DNA from: a virus
Taxonomy: Duplodnaviria > Caudoviricetes
Length of the DNA stretch: 34,130 nt
IMG/VR virus record: IMGVR_UViG_3300034777_000233
Span: 1-34,130 of that record
Strand: one strand, 5' to 3'
Made by a program: the position numbers and the translations under genes. The notes under the pieces were generated by a model that saw only the letters and a list, made by a program, of their open reading frames with translations, did not search any database and was not told the origin of the DNA. Below are positions 18,445 through 28,600 of the stretch, piece by piece; position 1 is the first letter of the stretch; each line of letters starts with the position of its first letter.

Positions 18445-20013
18445 ATGCCTGAAATAAATAACTATAGTTTCTCAAACGCTGTGTTTAACATACAAGAGGG
18501 TACTGTGATAAACGATCAAGTTACAAACGCTACAATAACAATATCCCCATTACCTGGGTATACTGTGACAGCGTCTGACTTTAATTTAGATCCTTCGTTT
18601 TCTAACACATATGTGCAAGGTGTAACGTTTACGCAAAGCGGAAGTGACGTTATATGTACAATAACTTTTTTACCTACTGTAACTATGCCTTCTGCTAACG
18701 TAACGATACCTTTGTGCATTATAGGCCAAGGTGTTGTTAACGAAATAACAATAGGAGGAACAGTTACGGCGATTGTGGGAACTGATGTTACAGGAGGTAG
18801 CAGCGAGACAGATACCCCTTATTCTAACAGTGGCAATGTAGGGAATAATGAATTGCTTTTTACAAGAACATATAACGCCGCAACAGGTTTTGCGTGGGCT
18901 AATAATGAGCTGCCTTCAATAAATGTAACGCAAGGAAATCAATCCAACTATAATATAATCCAAACTCCAATTTTTGATTCGCAAAATAGATTAACAAATA
19001 TAACTTATGATGTTAACTATATATATCCCTCTGCTAATATTTCAGGAGATCATATTGATATAGTAGTACCCAAAACAAGTTTAATTTATAATCCTTTGCC
19101 AAGAATAAGTGGGTATATATTTAATACCACAGCATTAACAAATAGCGAAGAAACAAGAACACTGACTATTGTAGGTGTTCCTGAAACAACATTTAGCGCT
19201 ACTTTAAATGACGGTACAACAACAAATACTATAATAAACAACGAAGATCTCGATACTACAGGAAGGTATGTTCATGACATAACATTCCCAGCCTTAACAA
19301 AGGGGAATGCGGCGGTTACATATACAATAGAGTTAACCGGCTCGCATGTATCTAATATATCTTTACCTAATCCTTTTACGGTTAGACAGCTTAATGAAGT
19401 GTCTATTGAAATAGATGTTACAAACCCTCCTACACCAATTGCAGGTTGGCCAACCGTCGAACCACGAAATACAGCAGCAGCCCTTATAACCAATCCAAAT
19501 AGTGATCTTAATGACTCCACTGGTTTATGGGTATTTAATATTAACGAAGACATAACACCATTTAGTGGCTCTGGAACGCTCAGTGTGGATAAACAAGTTG
19601 AATTAACCGACTTTGCAGAAGCCGCAACTGTTCTAGGGATAGTTAACGGGGATCAAACATCAGTGACTACATTGATTTTAGATGACACTACTGGTATATT
19701 AGCTGGTGACAGGTTTAATTATTTACCGGGTAACCCTAACGATAATAACTTGCTGGCTCCTTTTGGATATGAGGTGTCTAGTGTAGACTCGGGAACTAAT
19801 TTAACAATAACCCCTGCAATAACAATAATAGACAATTCTAGATTAATATTTACAAGATCAAATGGTAATGTAATACAAGTATTAGATAGCAATGTAACTT
19901 CGGTAAATGCGTCAACTATTAACCTTAATTTTAATATAGCGATTGCTAATTACGGAGATACAAATATAACATTTGATTTAGACTTAAGTAATATAATTTC
20001 ATACACGCCATAA
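18445..20013 (+). CDS. Beta-rich tail-associated protein
   Basis: 522 aa, very rich in Thr/Asn/Ile/Val and nearly Lys-free, with Ig-like strand patterns. It lies in the tail cluster. Confidence 0.55.
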   Translation: MPEINNYSFSNAVFNIQEGTVINDQVTNATITISPLPGYTVTASDFNLDPSFSNTYVQGVTFTQSGSDVICTITFLPTVTMPSANVTIPLCIIGQGVVNEITIGGTVTAIVGTDVTGGSSETDTPYSNSGNVGNNELLFTRTYNAATGFAWANNELPSINVTQGNQSNYNIIQTPIFDSQNRLTNITYDVNYIYPSANISGDHIDIVVPKTSLIYNPLPRISGYIFNTTALTNSEETRTLTIVGVPETTFSATLNDGTTTNTIINNEDLDTTGRYVHDITFPALTKGNAAVTYTIELTGSHVSNISLPNPFTVRQLNEVSIEIDVTNPPTPIAGWPTVEPRNTAAALITNPNSDLNDSTGLWVFNINEDITPFSGSGTLSVDKQVELTDFAEAATVLGIVNGDQTSVTTLILDDTTGILAGDRFNYLPGNPNDNNLLAPFGYEVSSVDSGTNLTITPAITIIDNSRLIFTRSNGNVIQVLDSNVTSVNASTINLNFNIAIANYGDTNITFDLDLSNIISYTP

Positions 20014-20336
20014 TGCCAGACATAACACTAACATTCGGAAATCCCCTCCCTGTAAATATTCAAACAGGAGATATAGCATGGTATGTTGATACTTCTGAGG
20101 AAACAGAGGTTCAGATGGGGCCAATAACTTCAATAAGTGGAACAACTATTGTTGTAAATGCAGCAGTTGGGGTATCGCCTCCTGCTACGCAAGACTTTGT
20201 TTTTTACGTAAAAGACCCTATTGGCCATGTGGGCCAGCTCAAGGGCTATTATGCAGAAATTCAATTTAGAAATAATACAACAAAATATGCAGAGCTATTT
20301 TCTGTAGGCACCGAAATATTTGAAAGCAGTAAATAA
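20013..20336 (+). CDS. Small tail protein
   Basis: 107 aa, TAATG-coupled, ending QLKGYYAEIQFRNNTTKYAELFSVGTEIFESSK. Confidence 0.6.
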   Translation: MPDITLTFGNPLPVNIQTGDIAWYVDTSEETEVQMGPITSISGTTIVVNAAVGVSPPATQDFVFYVKDPIGHVGQLKGYYAEIQFRNNTTKYAELFSVGTEIFESSK

Positions 20337-20369
20337 TGTGTAATAATATAATAATAAAATAATAAAGAT

Positions 20370-20972
20370 ATGATACCAATGGGAGCAGTTATGTCTGGAG
20401 TCCAAGGCTTAATGGGAATAGCCGGAGGAATTATAGGCAGTGGTAAAAGAAAACGCGAGCAAAGAGCAGCTCAGGCTGAGTTTAATAGGAACAAAGCCCA
20501 GTTTCAAAATTTAGACACATCTAATGTATATGCGGGACTTGAAAACGTTTATGAAGACTTAACAGTGAATCAGCAACAAGCTGAGTTTGCTAATAGAGCA
20601 CAACAACAATCATTGGCTAATACTATGTCCGGAATGCAAGGTGCAGCAGGCGGATCAGGTATTGCTGCCTTAGCGCAAGCCATGGCAAACCAATCTTCAA
20701 TGAATGCAGAAAGAGCTAGTGTAAGTATTGGTCAACAAGAAAGACAAAACCAAATGGCTCAAATGCAACAAGAATCTAATCTGCAAAGGATGGAAGCCGC
20801 CGGTGAGCTGAAGTCAAGAGAGGCAGAGCTTAATAAAGTTTCTACTTTAATGGGTATGTCAGGACAAAGGGTCCAGGCCGCTAATGAAGCAAGAAACGCT
20901 GCCACTCAAGGAATACTAGGAGGTGTTGGCAATATAGCTGGAGGGTTTGCCACTTCAGGCATTATGGGATAA
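20370..20972 (+). CDS. Internal virion/ejection protein 1
   Basis: 200 aa with Gly/Ala/Met-rich hydrophobic termini and a Gln/Ala-rich coiled coil. It is the first of three genes of increasing size, as in podovirus ejectosomes. Confidence 0.65.
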   Translation: MIPMGAVMSGVQGLMGIAGGIIGSGKRKREQRAAQAEFNRNKAQFQNLDTSNVYAGLENVYEDLTVNQQQAEFANRAQQQSLANTMSGMQGAAGGSGIAALAQAMANQSSMNAERASVSIGQQERQNQMAQMQQESNLQRMEAAGELKSREAELNKVSTLMGMSGQRVQAANEARNAATQGILGGVGNIAGGFATSGIMG

Positions 20973-20987
20973 TACAATATTTTTAAA

Positions 20988-22649
20988 ATGAATAAAGACT
21001 ATATAAATAAACTAGTGCAAGCAGACCGCGATAAAGTAGGCCAGTTTTTGGCTATTGCAGAAAGCGGAGCTGTAAAAGCGGGATTAACGCCTGAACAGCA
21101 AAGAAAGCAAAGAGAGTATGTGCAGCGCCAAGCTGACATTTATTCTAACGCTGCTTTTAGAGCAACTAATAAAGGTCTTAAACCTACAGATCCTGCATAT
21201 TTAGACAATGTAAGAGAAATGAACGGCGTTAGAAATAATTTAGAAAACCTAGCAACCCAGCAAAAGGCTATTGAAAAAAACCAAAAACAATTTTTGGACG
21301 ATTTTAATGAAGGTAGGATCTCAAAAGCAAATTACGCAGATGGATCTACTATGCCTTTAGTTAATATTTATTCTGGTAAGTCTAACATGGAAATAGATGA
21401 CTACGGTAATTTAATGTTTGAAGATGGTTTAGGTGAATTTAAGCCTTATACTCAATTAGCTGATTATTCTTTAAAATCTTATGACACTGCTAATTCTTTA
21501 TTATCCGATATAGGAAAAATAGCCGATTCTAAAGAAGGCCTTTCGGATGCTCAAATGGGTCTATTTAAAAATAAAATAGCAACTACTATAAACGAAGCCA
21601 GTCGAAGTGATGTATTATCAATGATAAGTGACGGATTATTGCCTGGTCTTGATGATTTAGAAATCCCAGAAGATTTAACAAACCCAGAAAATATAGGGCA
21701 GCTAAAGTCATTTATAATAGAAACTATAGGTAATGCAGGAACAGAAATAAATGATTCATTTTTTACACCCAGCGGGTCAGGCTCAGACACAGTTTCAGGT
21801 TCAGACTCAGACTCCAGCAAAAAAACAGAAGATGGGTATGTGATGGGATCCAATACTGGTATACCATTAGATCAAAGGCAATCTTATTTTGATCAAATAA
21901 CAAACTTGGAGGCTGGTGAAAAAATTAAAATAGAAGGATTCAGCGGGTCTAATGATCCTAAGCCAACAAGAAAAGGAGGAAAAGGAAAAGTTGATTATAC
22001 AATGGTATCTAAGGGTGATGGCACATATGCTTACTTAGGCATTGACTCTAAAACAGGCAAAGAGGTTACTAGCGGCGAAATTAGCGAAGCCCAGTTAAAA
22101 TTAGAAATGCTAGGTGAAGGTTCTGGTGACCCTTTGGTAAACGCAGAGGTTGTAACTCCAGACGAAGCTGGTTCTAGCCCAGAAAATCCCGCTACTTGGT
22201 CTCCTGGTGGTGCTCAGCCAACTATAGCAGCTAATAAAAATACCGAAAAAGCAGCTACTTTTAAAAATGTAAACCGCGGTAGTCTTGACAGAATGACAAT
22301 ACAAGGGTCTTCTGGTAGCAACAAAGCAAATATATTAAGAGATGGAAAACCTATATCTTCTAAGAAAAGCGGTATTACAGTAACTGGCGTAAGAGCAGAG
22401 GGTAATGACGTTGTAGTTGATGCTAAATTTCTTGGAATGAATCAAACAGGAGATCTTGGTAGATTTAAGCAAAGCGGTAATAACTTTAAGTTTGTGCCTG
22501 GTAAAGACTACAAAAAGCTTGGTCAATCACCTGAAGATAAAAAAGATTTTGATAATTTCATTAGAGCAGTAGAAAGCGATCCAAGATTTGCTGGTGAGGT
22601 TTTAGCTTCTGTAAGAGGAAATAAAGATTTTTCACCAAAAAATTATTAA
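20988..22649 (+). CDS. Internal virion/ejection protein 2 (putative)
   Basis: 553 aa with a helical N-terminal half, a Ser/Gly/Asp linker (SGSGSDTVSGSDSDSS) and Gly/Lys-rich C-terminal domains. The call is positional. Confidence 0.55.
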   Translation: MNKDYINKLVQADRDKVGQFLAIAESGAVKAGLTPEQQRKQREYVQRQADIYSNAAFRATNKGLKPTDPAYLDNVREMNGVRNNLENLATQQKAIEKNQKQFLDDFNEGRISKANYADGSTMPLVNIYSGKSNMEIDDYGNLMFEDGLGEFKPYTQLADYSLKSYDTANSLLSDIGKIADSKEGLSDAQMGLFKNKIATTINEASRSDVLSMISDGLLPGLDDLEIPEDLTNPENIGQLKSFIIETIGNAGTEINDSFFTPSGSGSDTVSGSDSDSSKKTEDGYVMGSNTGIPLDQRQSYFDQITNLEAGEKIKIEGFSGSNDPKPTRKGGKGKVDYTMVSKGDGTYAYLGIDSKTGKEVTSGEISEAQLKLEMLGEGSGDPLVNAEVVTPDEAGSSPENPATWSPGGAQPTIAANKNTEKAATFKNVNRGSLDRMTIQGSSGSNKANILRDGKPISSKKSGITVTGVRAEGNDVVVDAKFLGMNQTGDLGRFKQSGNNFKFVPGKDYKKLGQSPEDKKDFDNFIRAVESDPRFAGEVLASVRGNKDFSPKNY

Positions 22650-22663
22650 TAAAATAAAATAAT

Positions 22664-25600
22664 ATGCCAAAGTATAAACTTAAAAACGGTAAATACGTTG
22701 TAGTAGATTCTAAAGATATGGAGCTGTTTTTAGCTTCTGAAGATGCCAAAGGTGCTGAATTTATTGAAGAAAAAAAAGTAACAGGCCCTGCAAGTGCGGA
22801 GACAAATGTAGTGCCGGAAAACGATACGGTCTCCAACTTGGAAAATGGTTCTTCGGAATTACCAGAGGTTTCTGATGAAGATAAAAAATTCTTTAGTCAA
22901 TTTGGGATTGACTTCAAGCCAGAACGCCAACAAAAGCCTATAGATCCTATAGACATTAGAAATATAGAAAGAAATAAGCCTAAGGTAAGGCCTGGGGATA
23001 ATATTCCGCTTGAAACTCCATTTTCTCCAACTGACATAAAAGCAGAAAAAAAAGCAAAAGAAAAAGCAACAGAGGTTCGCGTACAATCAAATAAAGCTTT
23101 TAAAGAAACATTAGAAAACTTTTTGAATCAAGATCTTACGGAATTTGGAGAGTTTAACCAAAGATTTGTTAAGCCTGAATTTAAAGATGTTTATAACAAC
23201 CCAAATACGGGTATAACCGAAGGGCTTATATTTAAAGATGTTATAAGAGGTAGAGATATATCAGAATTATCTGAAAACCCTGAATTTCAAGCCTCAGTAA
23301 GAAAAAACGTTAAAGACTTATACGAAGAAGCTAATCCTAATCTACCGCTGCCTTCTAATAGACAAATGGATTTGTTTGTTAAAAATGCAATTAATGAACA
23401 GGTTGAAGACTTAAAGGAAGACGAACGCTTTGAGGCTTTAAAAGAAAAAGACTTTTTGATTGAGCAAGGTGAGTATAGCACATTTTTAAATAACAGCATA
23501 AACGCTGATATAAGCGAAATGAGCGATGTTAAAAAAATAGCCGCAAAAAGCAGGCAGAGACAAGCTCAGTTGCAAAACCTTCTTAAGGCACCAGATTTAA
23601 ATCCAAAAGCAAAAGAAGTCTTATTGACCGAGTATAACGGGTTACAAAAAAACTACAATAATTTATTAAAAAATATTGATTCGGACTACAAATCGTACAT
23701 GAATCTTTCTACTGGGCGACGCATTGATGCGAAAACAGCAGCAGAGCTGCCATCTGATCAGGTTGCGGACTTGTCAGAAGAAGACACTCGTTTAGCAAAA
23801 TATTACAGTTCGCTTCCTACGGAAAAATTAGAACAGGAGTATTTTCAGCATCACATTGAAAAGCAAAACTACCAAAAACAAAGAAACAAAATATACAAGA
23901 CCAAGCCTGTTAAAGATTGGTTTATGAATAATGATTCTAATGATTTTTGGAAAAAATACACAAAGAACGAAGATGGCAGTTATAATATACCACTAAAAGA
24001 CTATATAACAGCCGGAGGTCGCGAACAATCTAGAATGAATGGTGTGTTTGACGCTGATACAATTCAAAAAATGAAGCGTGATCGCTTTTATTTGACAAAG
24101 GATAAAACAGCATTAACTAAAAAAGAAGAAGCCTTAGAGACCGCTTATTTGCTCAATGTTGATCCTGTTAGTGTTGCTGAGGGGATGAATTTTGGCAGTG
24201 GTGTTACTAGATTTTTAGAGGCAACATCTGCAGCTTTTATAGGTGAAGACAAAACAGTCGCATCATTTGGTACATCAAGAAGAAAAGAACTTGATGAGTT
24301 GGAAAGCGTTTTAATAGATTCGGGAGTTTACGACCCTAATAACGAAGAACAAAAAGATGAGTTTGAGGCTTTTAAAAGAAGTCCTCTTATGACAGTCACA
24401 GAGGGGGTTGCTGAATTTACGCCGGCTTTATTACAATTTGCTGTTGCCAATAAAGTTGCCGGTCTTTCAGGTATGAACGCTGTTATACAAAACCTTTTAA
24501 GATCATCTTCGTACACAAAAAAAGCCACGGGTTTTGCTTTAGGAGCTCTTCTTGAGGAAGCTAAATTTAAAGCAGTCACTAGCGGTAAATCACAAACAGG
24601 TGGAGGTGCTGGGTTTTATATTGGTGGTGCAGCAGCTAGATTTTTGGTTCCATTTAGATTTGCGTCTACAAGAGCAAATGCTGTATTAGAAAAAGTTGTA
24701 TTAAGTGGAGTAGGTGGAGCTACAGCAAGTGAGGTCGCTTTGTTAACAGAGGCAATGTATAAAGAAGTGGCAAACACTAAAGCTTTTGAAACCTCGATAG
24801 AAGAAGAATTCGGTTCAACCGACGAGGTCTTTGAAAGATGGCTTACAAATTCCGCGGTATTTGGTATTATTGGCGGCTATGGCCTTGCTAAAAATAACTT
24901 TTTAGACCTTAAGTCTAGAGCTAACAAAAGAAAGTACATTGACAATTTACAAGAAAAAATTGATAACGGTGAATTTAAAGGAGCAGAGCTAGAGGGTAAG
25001 AAAAGACAAATAGCTTTTTTAGATAATCAAATAGCTGTAGCGCAAAGAGAATTTAACAAGCTGGATATTGCATCCCAAAAAGCACAAATGGACCAAGCTA
25101 GAAAAATAATAGCTGAAAATAAAGTGCCAGATTTTAACGCTGAAGGAAAGCTTACAGGGTTTAAAGAGGCAACGCGGTCTGATATTAAGGAGGCTGAAAA
25201 TACAATAGCCAAGGTCCAGGGCAATATTGCAGCAGCTCAAAGGAATATAAATAGACAATTTGAAAATTTAGTTAAAAGTGGTGTTGCCAGCGGTGAGACT
25301 TTAAAATTAGAAATAACAGATAAACCATTATTAAATGGTGATAAAGCTGGTTATAATCCAAAAACTAAAACTTTTAAATTTGATATAAATTCATATAAAC
25401 CTGGTGTATTTGCGCAGGAAGCAGGACATTTTTTTATGGACATGGCTTTTAAAAATGATCCTTTAATAGCTAAACAATTTAAAGAAAAAATTAAGTCTGA
25501 CGTAGAAGGGCGATTTAAAAGCATTGGGCAAGAGTTTACTTTACCAAATAAACCTGGCGAAAAATTTACATTCGAAGAAGCTATAAACGAGGCTTATGGT

Positions 25601-28600
25601 AAAAACAGACCAGCAGAAGAATATGTAATGAATATAGTTGAGTTTTTACAGGCTCCTCGCAATAGAGAAATATTATTACAGTCAGGTGTTTTACAGTCGT
25701 TAAAAAGAAATATTATAACAGCTGGGCAAAACATAGGATTACAATATGGAAATAAAAAAGACTTTACAACAGGTGATCAAGTTTTAGAGTTTTTATTTAG
25801 CCTTGGTAAAGCTGCTGAAGGAGGTAATTCTTCTGCAATAAAGAAAAAATTCGATGCTTTTAAAAATATAGTTGTTGATGGCAATAAGCTTTTAAATAAG
25901 CGAACAGGTCAGGAGCTAAAAACCGATAAAGAAATTGAGAAAGACTTAGCGTCTAAAGAAATAAATCCCGCTGATAAAAAAGATATATTTTCAAAAGCAA
26001 CAAAGGCATACGAAGAAATTATTAACTCAGGAGGCAGTGTAGAGCAGGCAGGTGTTATGGTTGGCTACGAGTTTCAGCCGTTAGTAAAAGCAAAGATTAA
26101 GTCTTACATGGACCGCAACGGCTTAAATAATATACCTGAAGAAACTATAAACGACATCGTGTCTGATGTATCTTTAGGAACAGGAAAAGGATCACAAAAT
26201 ATACCTGGACTTGTTAAATCTTATAAAGAAAGCGGAGATGCTAGCTTAACCTCCTACGTTTTTGGTCAGCTAAATAATAAGATACTTGGCGTATTAAAAC
26301 TGCCTCAATATAAAGATATATTTAATACGGTTTCTATAGACAAAGACCCAGCAAAAGCCGCTAATATAGCCGAGTCAGAGGGGCTAGGTGGCGCACCTTC
26401 TGGATTTGTAGATATTTCATCTCCAGTTAAAAACACCAGACTAGCAGACCAACAAGCTGAGACTAGAATGGGCGTTGATCAACAGTTTAAAGATGCTGCA
26501 GAAAAGATAGGAGACCTTGGTTTAATGGGTACAAAACTATCGGATCTTGACGCTAAATCCCGAGGCACTATAGGAGACGCGAAAGTGGCTATGCTAGAAA
26601 GCAATAAAGCTAGAGTTACTACAGGAGGCAAGACTGAAATAGTTAGAGCAAGATCGCCTAAAGATGTTCAGAAAAAGTTAGGTGTAGCGGAAAAATATAA
26701 GAAATTTCCAACGGCAATAAACGAAATTACGGAGATTGCAAAAAATAAATTAGTACCTGAATTTGAAAGACAGTTTAAACTAAAGGATAATTATACTGCA
26801 ACTCCTGAATATGAAAACTTTATAGAAAGAAGTTTTCCTTTATTCAAAAATTACATAAGCCAATCTGCTGTAAATAAAAGATTTGCGCCTTTTAAAGAAG
26901 CAGTTATTGACAAAACAACAGGCAAACAAGCTAGAGAAAAAACAGCAGCTGGTAATCCTATATTTGCAAAAAAGAATATTACGCCAGAAGAGTGGAAAGA
27001 ATATTTTATAGGCGATGGCAAAATGCGTATAGATGGAAAACGAAGATCCTTATTTGAAGCGCTTTCTACTGAAATTGGCTTTGACAAAGTAATGTTAAAG
27101 TTAACCAACGAATCCATGCGTAAACAAATAGAATCCCGCCAAGAAGATTTAGGAGTAGATTTGGTAGAAAATTATGTGGCACTTGTTTCAAAGAGCATTG
27201 ATAGAGGAATAAACACTGAATTGAATTCAAAAGTTATAGAAGCTGTTAAAAAAGGTGGAGGTAGATTTGAAGATGTATTTTTAGATAAAAACGGTAATCC
27301 TAAACCTATTGACGAAATTATAAAACAAAAAGGCGGATTAGAAGGTATAAAAGTTATAGAAGAGCAAGCAATGAAAGAATTGCATGCATCTATGGAATAC
27401 ATAAAACAAGAAGGTAGGGTTAACGAAGACTTAGTGTCAAAATTAAAAAATAGAAATGTTGAAAACGCGGAGCTTTATAAAAATATATATTCTGCACCAG
27501 TAGAACAAATAGATTTATTTAAAAAAGATATTGCTGAAACTGTTTCATATTTTCCCAAAGAATCGAGCCAGTTAACCTCAGCTATGTCTTCAAAAACAGA
27601 AGGTGGTATTTTAGCAGCTATTTCTGGTTTTACAAGTAGAAAGAATAAAAACACGGGAGAGATGTTTAACTCTCAAGCTTTTAGGGATAATGCATTAAAA
27701 AGCGTTGGTAAAAACTTTGAAAAATTATCAGAGCAAACAAAAGATCTTTGGAATGAAGCAATAGAGCTTGCTAAAGAAAATAATTATGAAGGCAACGGAA
27801 TAACTATTACAACAAAAGCAAATAAGTTTTTAAAAGCAACTGAAGAAATTAGAAAAAATAATGAACTAACTGCTGATCAAAAGAAAAAAGAAATAGATAA
27901 ATTAGATGGCAAGCAGGACGCAATTACTGATATTCAAGTTAAAGAAAAAATATTAGAAGCTACCTTAGCCACTATTGGCGAAATAGGAGCTAAACTTGAA
28001 GGCAAGGAGCTGCAAGATTTTAGCGTATCAGTGGCAAAAATGCTATTAAACAATGATGGCATCGGGCTTAGAAAATTTTCTTCAGAAAAATATTTAGAAT
28101 TAAATCAACCTGATTTTTCTAAAAACGAGCATTTAATGTCTAAAGCAGAATTTGGTGCTGAGGTTATTGATGCTTTATTAAAAGGAGAACTTAATATTGA
28201 AAAAATTAAAGAAATAACATCTCAATACAATAGTGTTATTGGCAGCAAGAAAGGGCAGGAGATAGCCGACGGTATGTTAGGTACAACTATCGAAAATGCA
28301 GCAAGACTAAAAATGATAGCTTCAAAGATAGCAAACGGCAAAATATCTAACGCTGAAATATCCGCTTTAAAAGATTTCTACAATTGGACAACAGGTGAGA
28401 CCGCTTATTCTGAAATGATTAAAGAATACGCAGAAAAAGCTAAAAATTCTATAGTCAAGGCAGAAAAAGGTATAGCTAGAGAAAATAATAAAGTAGCATT
28501 AGAATCTGAACTTCTTAACGTTACAGAAAACACAACAACAGAATCATTTGCTAGCAAAACAATAATGTTTGATAAGGCTTTTGAAAATGCAAAAAATCCT

